A stretch of 64,000 bases of DNA from a virus (lineage: Duplodnaviria > Caudoviricetes), in IMG/VR virus record IMGVR_UViG_3300037067_009025, positions 1 through 64,000 of that record. One strand, written 5' to 3'. Below the pieces are notes generated by a model, which saw nothing but the letters and a program-made list of their open reading frames with translations, ran no database searches and was not told the DNA's origin. The position numbers were made by a program, and so were the translations under genes. Of the stretch, positions 48,722 through 58,556 are shown piece after piece (the stretch's first letter is position 1; the number at the start of each line of letters is the position of its first letter).

Positions 48722-51313
48722 ATGGCTTTAAGATGTGAACAATGTCCATTTCATAAGCAATCCCGCAGCGGTTTTCTGTGCACTAACTTTAATGAGGGCG
48801 TTGGTAAAAAGGACGCTAAAGTTATGTTGGTGTATGATGCCCCCTTCTCTTCTGATGTCTTATCAGATAGGTTTGCCTCTGATGACCAGTATAACACTCA
48901 GATGTCACTCTATTTGAGCAGACTGGGACTGAAGCTGGAAGATGTTTATACCACTTCTTTCGTGAAATGTTTTATTGCGGATAAGAAAAAGAAGCCCACA
49001 AAAGGTATCAAGCAGAAGTGCGTGGATTTATATCTTTCTCAGGAAATCAAAAACATTAAGCCAAAAGTAGTTATTCTTTGCGGGAGTATGGTAACAAAAT
49101 GGTTTTTGCCTGAGTCTCAAACATTGTCCCAGATTGTGGGACAGTCGTTCTATTCCAATGAATATAAAACCTATTTTATTCCAATCTTCGATTTGTTTTA
49201 TCTGGCGAATTTTCATAAGCAATCTATCCAGGCACGGAAGATGGACAAAGCCTTTGCTAAAGTCAGTGTTCTTTTGAACGGTAAAGAGACGAATCCGAAT
49301 AAGCCCGAGAAGATTGTATACTTCAGCGATTGGGATAAGCTGAAGTCATTAAAATCTGTGGTTACATGCGACGTTGAAACGACGGGTCTTGATGACTTTG
49401 AAGACCGCATTGTTACGGTGGGTGTAGGCGACAACGAAACCCGAGTAGTTTTTGATGTGTCCGATTGCTCTGGCTATCCAAAAATTCTTGCATTGCAAAA
49501 AGAAATGGATGCTGCACGCAAAGCCAATACAGACACAGAGGCTGAGAATGAAGCAATAAAGGCTGGCAATAAAAATAAGAAAGCAAAAGATAAGCTCCCG
49601 TTTAAGTCTTTACCTTACACGGATGACTACATCGAAGAGCGACGCAAAAAGATAATTGAAGTGGTGGGTCAGACCTTCATACCACAAATTGTTGCCAAGA
49701 TGGTTCCAGAATTAAAGAAGCGGAAACTGGTTTTCCAAAATGGTCTCTTTGATTTAAAGATGTTTCTACGTGATGGCTTTGATTTAACGGATAGTTTTGC
49801 TGGGGATACCCGTCTTCTCCAATATTTAATTGACCCACTTGGAGCCACGGCATTAGGTTTTATGGTGCAGCTTTATTACGGGGTCAATTATAAGGAAGCC
49901 ATTGACCGTGGAAATATTCTTGACATGGATGGAGACGAACGTAAGTATTATTGTAACGAGGATATTTTCTACACCTACAAGCTGTTCAGTGATTTGTATG
50001 CGAAGATTAAGGCCCAGGGCAGCGAGCTTGCTCACGGTATCAAAATCAATCTGGCCAAAATTTTGGCGCATACAGAACGGCGAGGAATTAAAATTGATTT
50101 AAAGAAAGCCGACCAATTGGTTCAGTTTTATACCGAACAAAAAACAAAGACTGAGAAAAAATTCAAGGACAAGTTTAGTCTGTCTCCCGAATTCAATTTG
50201 AACTCACCAAAACAATTGAGCAAATTGCTGTATGAAGATTTACAATTGCCTGTGTTGCGTAAGACGAAAGAAGGAAATCCGTCTACCGATGAATACGCAA
50301 TCAATATGCTGGCAAGTCGAAGACCCTCCCTGGATGTTTTAGTGGATTACAGAACCTTTAAGGGTCACATTGAGAAGTTGGAACTTTACAAACGAAACAC
50401 AAGAGCAGATGGACGCCTGAGAACTCAATTTGATATGTTCGCTCAGGATTCGGCCCGTCTTATGTCAAAGAAGCCGAATATCCAAAATGTTCCGAGGGAT
50501 AGTCTTTACGGGATTTCTGCAAAAGACATTGAGAACTTTATGACCCAATATGGGTGGAAGCCCGATATTAAGGGAATCTTTGTTGCAGAGACTGGTTATT
50601 GTTTTGTGAAATATGATTACAAGGCCATTGAATTCCGTGTGTGGATTGAACTGGCAAAAGACCCAAAGGGCACTGAATTTATTCAGAGTGGCCGTGATAT
50701 TCACGCTTACATTGCCAGTCAGTTTTACCGTGAGGATGAAGCACTTTTCCTGGATAAGAAAAACGAACCGTATCAGGAAAAAAGAAACCGAGTTAAGGCT
50801 ATCGTTTATGGTTCCATGTATGGCCGAACCCCCGAAGGTATCGTTAAAGAACACGGCGGGACAATTGAAGAAGCCGAACAGATTCAAAGAATTTTCTTCA
50901 GTATCTGTCGTGTTGGATACTTGTGGATGAAACAAGTTGAGCAGCAAGTTATGAAAGACCATCATTTGAAAACTCCTTTCGGGGCTCATCGAGTATTCCC
51001 TGATATTGAGTTGGCCATTGGTAATAAGAAGGATGAAATTCTCCGTGAAGCAAAATCATTTATTGTTCAAAGCTGGGCTGCGGAGCTTGGATTTATCGGG
51101 ATGTCCCGAGTTTGGGCAAAGATTCGGGAATTGGGTCTGGATGCGTTTTATGTTCACCAGATTCACGATGCAGGGATTATCGAGGTTAAAGTAGAACAGG
51201 CCGAAAAGCTACAAAAGATTGTCAAGACCTGTGCCACGAATCCCTACAGCAAAATGAAAATCCCGTTGGATGTTGATATGAAGGTTGGACATTCATGGGC
51301 TGAAGTTGGATAA
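48722..51313 (+). CDS. polA: family A DNA polymerase with N-terminal UDG family-4-like domain and 3'-5' exonuclease
   Basis: CxxC..C..KC UDG-like cysteines; CDVETTG, QNGLFDL, YCNED exo motifs; DYKAIE (A), KAIVYGSMYG (B), IHDA (C). Confidence 0.95.
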   Translation: MALRCEQCPFHKQSRSGFLCTNFNEGVGKKDAKVMLVYDAPFSSDVLSDRFASDDQYNTQMSLYLSRLGLKLEDVYTTSFVKCFIADKKKKPTKGIKQKCVDLYLSQEIKNIKPKVVILCGSMVTKWFLPESQTLSQIVGQSFYSNEYKTYFIPIFDLFYLANFHKQSIQARKMDKAFAKVSVLLNGKETNPNKPEKIVYFSDWDKLKSLKSVVTCDVETTGLDDFEDRIVTVGVGDNETRVVFDVSDCSGYPKILALQKEMDAARKANTDTEAENEAIKAGNKNKKAKDKLPFKSLPYTDDYIEERRKKIIEVVGQTFIPQIVAKMVPELKKRKLVFQNGLFDLKMFLRDGFDLTDSFAGDTRLLQYLIDPLGATALGFMVQLYYGVNYKEAIDRGNILDMDGDERKYYCNEDIFYTYKLFSDLYAKIKAQGSELAHGIKINLAKILAHTERRGIKIDLKKADQLVQFYTEQKTKTEKKFKDKFSLSPEFNLNSPKQLSKLLYEDLQLPVLRKTKEGNPSTDEYAINMLASRRPSLDVLVDYRTFKGHIEKLELYKRNTRADGRLRTQFDMFAQDSARLMSKKPNIQNVPRDSLYGISAKDIENFMTQYGWKPDIKGIFVAETGYCFVKYDYKAIEFRVWIELAKDPKGTEFIQSGRDIHAYIASQFYREDEALFLDKKNEPYQEKRNRVKAIVYGSMYGRTPEGIVKEHGGTIEEAEQIQRIFFSICRVGYLWMKQVEQQVMKDHHLKTPFGAHRVFPDIELAIGNKKDEILREAKSFIVQSWAAELGFIGMSRVWAKIRELGLDAFYVHQIHDAGIIEVKVEQAEKLQKIVKTCATNPYSKMKIPLDVDMKVGHSWAEVG

Positions 51314-51324
51314 GGAGGAACAAA

Positions 51325-51567
51325 ATGAAAACCCTAATCGGACTGCTTCTAATTTTGGCAGGAATCGCTCTGGGCCTGTATGTGGGAATCTGGCTTTGTT
51401 TTATTGGCGGTATTGTGGACGTTATCAATGCCATCAAAACAACCCCAGTGCCTGCGTTACAAGTGGCCGTGGGTGTTGCCAAAGTTATTTTCAGCGGATT
51501 TTTAGGCCAGTTGAGTTTCTGGCTGTCTGCTGTTGTTGGGTTAGCATTTATCCAATCGGATAATTAA
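51325..51567 (+). CDS. two-TM membrane protein
   Basis: 80 aa, hydrophobic, GGAGG RBS. Confidence 0.6.
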   Translation: MKTLIGLLLILAGIALGLYVGIWLCFIGGIVDVINAIKTTPVPALQVAVGVAKVIFSGFLGQLSFWLSAVVGLAFIQSDN

Positions 51568-51570
51568 AAC

Positions 51571-51599
51571 TTGACAACGCACATTTTTTGTGCTATACT
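51571..51599 (+). promoter_or_regulatory. sigma70 promoter, TTGACAACGCA subclass
   Basis: TTGACA-acgcacattttttgtgc-TATACT. Confidence 0.9.
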
Positions 51600-51639
51600 T
51601 ATAAAGTGAAAGGTTAAAACCTAAAAGGAGGAAGTAAAA

Positions 51640-52317
51640 ATGCAATTTCAATTACCGAATGGCCAGATGTTCGACACGGAAAATCCGTGCTGCCCGACCT
51701 GTGGCGGAGAAATGTGGGATAATCGGAATAACAAAAAGAATCCGAAACAGCCCGACTTCCGCTGCAAAGACCAAGAATGCAAGGGTGATAAGGGTTACCA
51801 GACAGGCGTCTATCTACCCAAAGCTAAGGGTAAAGCCCCTGCTCCTGCGCCCGCCAAGCCCGTGCCTGCTCAAACTGCGAAGCCCGCTGCTGCGCCTGTT
51901 GCGAGACCCGTGACGCCGACACCTGCCCCTGTGCAGAAGTCTGGTGGAAAAGGTGATTATGGCAATACTGTGCCTCCCTCTATGTATGGAGCCTGGGCCA
52001 TGAATTTGGTTGTGGCTTTGGTGGCTAAGGACAAAGTTACGTCTGTAGCCGAGGGTATCGCTGCCTATAAAGAGGCTCTCAAGGGTGTTGGTGAGACCAT
52101 CGAAGAGAATAAGAAGACCCTGGATGCCAGAACGCCGTTACCGCCTGCACAGCAAGAGAGACAGGTTGCAAAGCCCGCTCCCGCTGCGCCAGTGGCCGAA
52201 ACACCACAAGCTGCGTCTGAGCCCTTACCCGACCCGTTACAACAAATTGAACAGGATTTGGGGACTGCTGGCGTGGATGAAATTTCCGCCGAAGACTTGT
52301 CCAATTTGGACTTATAA
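51640..52317 (+). CDS. zinc-finger protein with acidic tail, candidate ssDNA-binding/recombination mediator
   Basis: CPTCGGEMWDNR..PDFRCKDQEC; Pro/Ala linkers; DEISAEDLSNLDL tail; directly before recA. Confidence 0.45.
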   Translation: MQFQLPNGQMFDTENPCCPTCGGEMWDNRNNKKNPKQPDFRCKDQECKGDKGYQTGVYLPKAKGKAPAPAPAKPVPAQTAKPAAAPVARPVTPTPAPVQKSGGKGDYGNTVPPSMYGAWAMNLVVALVAKDKVTSVAEGIAAYKEALKGVGETIEENKKTLDARTPLPPAQQERQVAKPAPAAPVAETPQAASEPLPDPLQQIEQDLGTAGVDEISAEDLSNLDL

Positions 52318-52411
52318 TCGCCGTTGGTGAGAATCCTATGACGGATGGGCCAACCCAGAGGCGCAACGTGGGCCTCTTTAGGATTTCATTAACGGTTTAA
52401 AGGAGAATACA

Positions 52412-53614
52412 ATGGGCAGAAAACCCAAGAAAAAAGAAGACCAGGCCCCAGTAACAGACCAGGCAACTCCCGAGGTTAAAACTGAAGTTGCCAGTTCAGA
52501 AACTGAGACTAAAAAGAAAAAAGCTCCCAAGACTGAATTGGAGCAGCTTCTTTCTCAGATGGAGTCTCAATTCGGGGAAGGCTGTATTGTGACCGCCGAA
52601 GAATTCTGTGAGGTTGTGAAGATGCCCACGGGAATCTTGTTGGAGGATATTCTCCTACGTGGTGGCATTCCTGAATCCTGTATCGTTCTAAAATGTGGCG
52701 AGGAGAGTTCAGGAAAAACATTGTCTTCTCTTTATGAGGCTGCTGAGTTGACAAAGAAGGGTATCCCTGTTATGTTTGTGGATGCCGAGCATTCTTTTAC
52801 GAAAGAATGGGCCATCAAATTAGGTAATGACCCGAAGCATTTTTATGTGGCCCAGCCCGCTGATTTGGAAAAGGCCGTGGATATTACCGATATTGCCGTC
52901 AGAAGTCGTAAATTTGGCATGGTAATTTTTGATTCATTGACTGCTGCTATTCCGAAAGAAGCTGTGGAGAAATCGGCCTATGAAGTTCAAGTCGCATTAC
53001 AGGCCAGAATCAATTCCAAGCTCTGTCAAAAAGTTACCGCAGGTTTGCAACCCGAAAATCTGGAAGACCCCACCACGCATAATAAAACAAGAGTGATTTG
53101 GATTGCTCACTTGAAACAAAAGGTGGGAGTTGTTTATGGTAATCCAGATATTATTCCTGGCGGTAAGGCAATTCTTTTCCACTCGCATTACATTATGAAA
53201 TATTCCAAAGGTGCTGTTTTAAAAAATGGGGATGACATCATTGGCCGTGAAATTAGAATTAAGATTGAGAAAGCCAAGTATTCCCGTCCTTTGGTTTCTG
53301 GGGTCACTGAATTTTTCTTCGAGCCTCCCAGAATCAATAACGCCAAGACACTCATAGTTTATTCCATGAACTTGGGACTCATTCGCAGAGTCAATAAAGA
53401 AGGCCAGGAACATGAGAAAGGCCAGTTTTATGTTTATGGTGATGTCACGGCAAAAGGTCAGGCGGAACTGGTTCAGATTTTGAAAGAGCGACCCGACCTG
53501 TTATCTAAACTGAAACAATCCATTATTGCGGGAGCCCAGAATGTTGAAATCAAACCCGAAACAGAAGAAACCGAACCAAGCGGAACAACTGAAAAATCTG
53601 CGAAGACTGTTTAA
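52412..53614 (+). CDS. recA: RecA-family recombinase
   Basis: GEESSGKT Walker A, IFDSLTA, ALQAR, PGGKAILF, KIEKAK motifs. Confidence 0.92.
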   Translation: MGRKPKKKEDQAPVTDQATPEVKTEVASSETETKKKKAPKTELEQLLSQMESQFGEGCIVTAEEFCEVVKMPTGILLEDILLRGGIPESCIVLKCGEESSGKTLSSLYEAAELTKKGIPVMFVDAEHSFTKEWAIKLGNDPKHFYVAQPADLEKAVDITDIAVRSRKFGMVIFDSLTAAIPKEAVEKSAYEVQVALQARINSKLCQKVTAGLQPENLEDPTTHNKTRVIWIAHLKQKVGVVYGNPDIIPGGKAILFHSHYIMKYSKGAVLKNGDDIIGREIRIKIEKAKYSRPLVSGVTEFFFEPPRINNAKTLIVYSMNLGLIRRVNKEGQEHEKGQFYVYGDVTAKGQAELVQILKERPDLLSKLKQSIIAGAQNVEIKPETEETEPSGTTEKSAKTV

Positions 53615-53896
53615 GTTTAATGCAGATGGAACTCCCGACATTTACTCTTACGGAGTTTTTAAAGTTGGTGTTTCCTCTACGGAGATTGACGAATATCTTC
53701 AGGTTCGTCTGAACACCCTTAATATCAAGCGAGTTCGCCAGGCTGTCAATGGAGCATTCTCGGGAAGCACTTGTCCTGTTGCTTCTTTTAATAGACAGTC
53801 TGTGTGCCTGTTTTATCGCCACGATGTGCAGCGATTCGCTGATTTGGTTATTTCAAAAACGCCAACCTATTTTGATTAAAAGCGAGGTCAACCATT

Positions 53897-54862
53897 ATGA
53901 AAGAAAATCTCCTCAAAATCCTCAAGCTCTTCACGTTGTCAGTGATAAGTTTTTGCGCTGGCTTTATTATCCTATCAAGCATCTTCTATGTCCGCACCAT
54001 TAAAGAAGAAATTGTTGTGGTTCAGGACATGGTGCTTGAACTTTACGAGGCTCAGGCTGCGATATATGCCAGTCAGAGTTATGTAATTATAGGACTGGAA
54101 GAAAATCTTGAGACCGCTAAAGCAGAGGCTATCAAAAATCGTGATGAACTGGCTCAGACGATTTTGGGAGTTGAGACTACAGTCAATAATAAGATTTCCG
54201 TAACTGATGAGGCATCGAAAAATAGGGATACTGCCATTTTATCCGCTGTTGCCAAAGAGCTTCATCGGCCAGAATATAATGAATTGAAGAGTCACACAGT
54301 GATGATAATCGCTGAAGAAAAAGCTAATCCAGAACATGGTAGTTTGGGAACTGGCGTCGTTATCAAAACCACAGAGTCTTACACATACATTGTGACCAAT
54401 AAGCATGTTTGCGAGGGTGACGATGCTACTCGTTGTTATGTGTTTGACCCCGAGACTAAAGCTGAATATGCTGTTTCCATTGTAAAAAGACACAGCCAAC
54501 ATGATGTTCAGATTGTGAAAGTCAGTGGGACAATTCCTGATAAGACACCAGTAAAAGGAATCAAGGACGTTTCTCACCAACAAAAAGTCTATCTGGTTGG
54601 TCATTATCTGGGAAATAGTTTCTTCTATGCTGAGGGCGTTGTCGCTGGTTTTGCCAGAGAGAATGGAGATTTGGTTGTGGCTGCGCCTGCGGGCCCTGGT
54701 AATTCTGGGTCTGGGATTATTACGCAGGATGGTTACTTAACAGGAATCTTGTATGCAGGGAATGTTGTAGGTTCATTTCCCTTTATGACACTTGATTTAA
54801 CACACAGTCTTTGCGTAAATTCTAAAGTGCTGAGATTGTTTTTGGTGGGTTATATCGAATGA
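53897..54862 (+). CDS. membrane-anchored trypsin-like serine protease
   Basis: N-terminal TM and coiled coil; catalytic VTNKHV, DVQIV, GNSGSG. Confidence 0.85.
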   Translation: MKENLLKILKLFTLSVISFCAGFIILSSIFYVRTIKEEIVVVQDMVLELYEAQAAIYASQSYVIIGLEENLETAKAEAIKNRDELAQTILGVETTVNNKISVTDEASKNRDTAILSAVAKELHRPEYNELKSHTVMIIAEEKANPEHGSLGTGVVIKTTESYTYIVTNKHVCEGDDATRCYVFDPETKAEYAVSIVKRHSQHDVQIVKVSGTIPDKTPVKGIKDVSHQQKVYLVGHYLGNSFFYAEGVVAGFARENGDLVVAAPAGPGNSGSGIITQDGYLTGILYAGNVVGSFPFMTLDLTHSLCVNSKVLRLFLVGYIE

Positions 54863-55227
54863 CACAAGAACAAATTTCAAAAAGAGCAATAGCTGTTCTT
54901 GAGGGGCTCGCTCTCCTTTGGGAGAATGGGCCGAAAACACTTCAACGGGCAGAACCAATGATGGATGCCGTCTATCGGTATTCGCATATAGCCCGTGGAG
55001 ATTGTAAAAACCCGCACGCCGATTGGCTTATTGAAATGAATCAGGTATATGAATCCTTTATTAAAGGTGGCCTGATTACGAGGTGTGATGATGGTAATCG
55101 GACTGAGACAGAGAACCATTGAAAGACTGGCTCATCGTTATTGGATAAAAAATCCTAAACGGTCAGCCGAGGAGAACTGGAAGCTCGCAGAAAAGCTCCT
55201 CGCAAAACTTGAGAAGAGATACTGGAA

Positions 55228-55797
55228 ATGAAAATTCTTTGGTTTGATAGCGAAACGGGTGGTCTAAAACCCAAATTAAATCCAATCCTCACTCTCGCAG
55301 GAATTATAGAAGTCGGCGGGAAAGTGGTGGAAGAATTCTATTTTAAGATTAAACCCTTTCATGGCCAGATTGTAGAAGACGGGGCCTTAAAGGTAAATGG
55401 GATTACTCGGGAAGAAATTGCCACCTTTGAAGAACCCAGAATTGTCCACGACAAACTTAATGCAATCCTGGGAAAATATTGTAATAAGTTCGACCGCAAT
55501 GATAAGTTTATTCCTGGTGGGCACAACGTGGGATTTGATATTGAACAGTTGATTGCTTTTTATGAATTAGCTGGTGATAAATATCTTTTTAGCTGGCTTG
55601 ATTATCATAAATTTGACACAATGACATTGAGCCTTCTCTTGAAAAAGAAGGGCTGGATAGATGTGCCAAACGTGAAACTGGAAACAATGTGCCAGGCGTT
55701 TGGGATTCAGATTAAGGCGCATAATGCTCAAGAAGATATTCGGGCTACCAAACAGTTATGGGAAGCCATAGAAGGCCGTTTGGTATATAAACCTTGA
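55228..55797 (+). CDS. DEDDh 3'-5' exonuclease (DnaQ-like)
   Basis: FDSETGG, GHNVGFD, HNAQED motifs. Confidence 0.9.
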   Translation: MKILWFDSETGGLKPKLNPILTLAGIIEVGGKVVEEFYFKIKPFHGQIVEDGALKVNGITREEIATFEEPRIVHDKLNAILGKYCNKFDRNDKFIPGGHNVGFDIEQLIAFYELAGDKYLFSWLDYHKFDTMTLSLLLKKKGWIDVPNVKLETMCQAFGIQIKAHNAQEDIRATKQLWEAIEGRLVYKP

Positions 55798-55822
55798 CAA
55801 CGTAGGAAAGTTATGCTATACT
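55794..55822 (+). promoter_or_regulatory. sigma70 promoter, TTGACAACG subclass
   Basis: TTGACA-acgtaggaaagttatgc-TATACT. Confidence 0.85.
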
Positions 55823-56070
55823 TATATTAAAGAGGGTATTGACATGTTTCAGAAATCTACACCAGGCTATGAGTTGTTGCAGAAAGAACTTGATGATTTA
55901 GAACGTTCTGGTGTTACCTCTTTGCCCAGTTTAAACGCCTTTCTTGAAAAGAATCACCTCTTTATGACTAAGGCAGATTTGACTGAGCTTAAAAAGATTA
56001 TGACGCAGAACAAGAAATGGAAGATGGTCTGCGTTTATGACAGACAAATTGTTCGCAGAGGTAAGAAAAA

Positions 56071-56433
56071 ATGATAGTTTGCTTAGTCCTATTCTTAATC
56101 GGTTTTGTGGAAGAGTTTATCGCCATTATCTATTATGGATTTGTCCGTAAAGGATGGAAGGGGCCATGCGCCTTCATGTCCATGTTGCGGAACGTGGTTT
56201 GGTTGATTGTTTCTGTGGGTATCTTTTCCAGTTTTTTGGAATCTGCTGAATTGAAGGAACAGATTTCTGTCTTCTTGTTGCGGGCTGCCAGCCATACAGT
56301 TGGAATCGGTGTAGGCGATTATTGCAGCCTGTTAGTAGAACCTTACATTGATAAAGTAATTCTGAAACTATCCCGAAAAGGAAAGCGTAAGGTTAGGTTT
56401 CATATTAAAGGTTCGATGAAGAATGAGTTATAA
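56071..56433 (+). CDS. three-TM membrane protein
   Basis: Hydrophobic segments with a basic C-terminus. Confidence 0.55.
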   Translation: MIVCLVLFLIGFVEEFIAIIYYGFVRKGWKGPCAFMSMLRNVVWLIVSVGIFSSFLESAELKEQISVFLLRAASHTVGIGVGDYCSLLVEPYIDKVILKLSRKGKRKVRFHIKGSMKNEL

Positions 56434-56455
56434 TGCCTAAAGGAGGCGAGTTTAA

Positions 56456-57022
56456 ATGAGACATTTTATTATGATTTTGTTGTTGTGCTTCTCTCTCACA
56501 GGATGTTCTCTGTTGCCAAAAATTACTTTTGACAAACCAGGAGTGACTCCGACAAGCACAGAAAAGTCGAACAAGAATGTTCGCTGTGCGGGCGAGTTAA
56601 AGTTGGCTGAGGATGGCACTGTTTTATATTGCTCAAAGGGTTATTATAACAATGAGCAGAATTATAAACAGGCGGAGAGAAAATTCACCTTACAGGAACG
56701 CATTGCCAATTTTATCCGCAACTTAACTGGATGGGGATTTTGGATTCTGGTTCTCTTGTGTGTGTTTACCCCCTTCGGTGGTGCAATCGTTGGTGGTATC
56801 TTGAATAATATTTACGGTATCGGTGCCCGAGGGATGAAAATGCTGGTTACGGGCATCCAAAATGGTAAGAAGTATGTCCGTGAAAACGGAACAAAATATA
56901 CCGAAGCCGAAAGGGTTATCTATAATCAGGGTGCCAATGATATGTTGACTGCCATTGCAGCCGAGACTACAGACCTGAAAGTGAAAAAACAAATTGCTCT
57001 TTTAAGAGCGGAGGTAGATTAA
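56456..57022 (+). CDS. lipoprotein with internal TM segment
   Basis: Lipobox LTGC after a signal peptide; GWGFWILVLLCVF helix. Confidence 0.6.
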   Translation: MRHFIMILLLCFSLTGCSLLPKITFDKPGVTPTSTEKSNKNVRCAGELKLAEDGTVLYCSKGYYNNEQNYKQAERKFTLQERIANFIRNLTGWGFWILVLLCVFTPFGGAIVGGILNNIYGIGARGMKMLVTGIQNGKKYVRENGTKYTEAERVIYNQGANDMLTAIAAETTDLKVKKQIALLRAEVD

Positions 57023-57024
57023 AC

Positions 57025-57690
57025 ATGTTACAAAATCCTGATGCCAATATCATAAAAAGCCAGGGTATTGATAGACCCTTCCTTTATGTCTATTTGGCTG
57101 GACGTATTGCGGGAGATTGTATTGACAAGTGTCTATCCTGGCGTCATCAAATTGTGGATTATTACCGCAATTATAAAGGCAAGGGAGCGTATCCTATTGT
57201 CTTTTTGGATGCCTTGAATTCTAAAGAGGCAGATAGTATTGACACTAAAGGTCTAACTTCAGCCATACCGCCCAATATGATTTATGATAAAGATTTGTTG
57301 AGCGTTGAGACAGCAGATGTTGTTGTGGCCAATATGGCCGATTATATGGATGCGGGAATCGAAGAGCTTTTAAAAATCCCCAACCCCGATGAGTATAAAG
57401 AAGGTTCGGATTATCCCTATAAAGACTTTGATTTTTGCAAAGCCTTTTTTCAATTACAGGAACGTATTGTGAATCGGCGTCCTAATTGGGGAACGGATTC
57501 TGAGGTTTCTTGGGCCCTATATTTGAAAAAGCCATTGATTCTTATCGCCAGTTCGGATATTCAAAAATCCATGTTAGAAAAACATCCTTTTATGAAGAGA
57601 GCTTCCGTCATTGTGGGTTCTGCGGAAGAACTTCTGGATAAGAAATGGCTGAACATTCTTTACAAATCCATTTCAGGAGCGATTTATTAA
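57025..57690 (+). CDS. nucleoside 2-deoxyribosyltransferase / RCL-like N-glycosidase
   Basis: YLAG..W, DLLSVETADVVVAN, WGTDSEV..ALYLKKP. Confidence 0.75.
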   Translation: MLQNPDANIIKSQGIDRPFLYVYLAGRIAGDCIDKCLSWRHQIVDYYRNYKGKGAYPIVFLDALNSKEADSIDTKGLTSAIPPNMIYDKDLLSVETADVVVANMADYMDAGIEELLKIPNPDEYKEGSDYPYKDFDFCKAFFQLQERIVNRRPNWGTDSEVSWALYLKKPLILIASSDIQKSMLEKHPFMKRASVIVGSAEELLDKKWLNILYKSISGAIY

Positions 57691-57692
57691 AC

Positions 57693-58556
57693 ATGAAAGT
57701 TCTTTGTCCTTCGCCCGAGTTTTATTATTCCCTTGCCAGAGAACATGCTTGGTATGATTATCTTATGCGGGGATTTAAGCAAATTGCTGAGGTCGAATAT
57801 TCCTCGGGGCTCACGAAATTTGCTTCTAAGTTCTTTGATAAAAGTTTATTGATGTTTGAGATTCAAGGGCGTAAAATCATTTATGATTATTCTGATTTTA
57901 CAGGCAAACAAGTGCACGGAATAGATGACGCCGAATACTTTAAAGTTCAGGCCCTCCCCAAAGATGGCACTAAGCCTATTGGCCAAGTTGTAATGGATGT
58001 CTCATTCATGGATAAACTTATTCAACTGCGAGAAGTCAAAGACCAACGAGTTTATGATTATGATGTTGTTGGTTTGTTTCGGACAACGAATATGACTTGG
58101 AGATATAAAGCAGTTGAGATTGTCAACGCCAGACCTGATTGGCGAACTATGTGCGGATTGCATGTAAATAATCTAACAGAAAATGTCCCTGAGCCATTAA
58201 AACGCAACCGCCTTAAGTATGATGCTTATTTGAATCTTCAAGTCAGGTCAAAATTGGTATTGGTATTTGCAGGTCTCGGTGGTAAAGCAGCCTTTAGCTG
58301 GCGATTAACTGAAGCCTTAGCAATGGGCTGTGCTGTGGTCACACATTTCCATGACACAGTTTTACCGAACCATAAGAAATTCCAGCAAGGTATCATTGAG
58401 GTAAGCCCAGACTTAAAAGATTTGGAGTCTGTTATTGAGCATTACCTACAAAATGATGTCGAAAGAGAGCAAATAGCTCAAGTGGGCCGTGAGTATTTTG
58501 AGAAATATTTGGCTCCAAAGCAAATGGCTCAGAGACTAATCAAAGGGGCAAAATAA
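57693..58556 (+). CDS. GT-B glycosyltransferase (Glyco_trans_1_2/CgeB-like)
   Basis: WRLTEALAMGCAVV..YLQNDVEREQIA..GREYF C-terminal signature. Confidence 0.8.
   Translation: MKVLCPSPEFYYSLAREHAWYDYLMRGFKQIAEVEYSSGLTKFASKFFDKSLLMFEIQGRKIIYDYSDFTGKQVHGIDDAEYFKVQALPKDGTKPIGQVVMDVSFMDKLIQLREVKDQRVYDYDVVGLFRTTNMTWRYKAVEIVNARPDWRTMCGLHVNNLTENVPEPLKRNRLKYDAYLNLQVRSKLVLVFAGLGGKAAFSWRLTEALAMGCAVVTHFHDTVLPNHKKFQQGIIEVSPDLKDLESVIEHYLQNDVEREQIAQVGREYFEKYLAPKQMAQRLIKGAK

Noticed and set aside
52321-52395. Hammerhead ribozyme
   Set aside because: It is a three-way junction, but the CUGANGA and GAAA core nucleotides are not in place on either strand.
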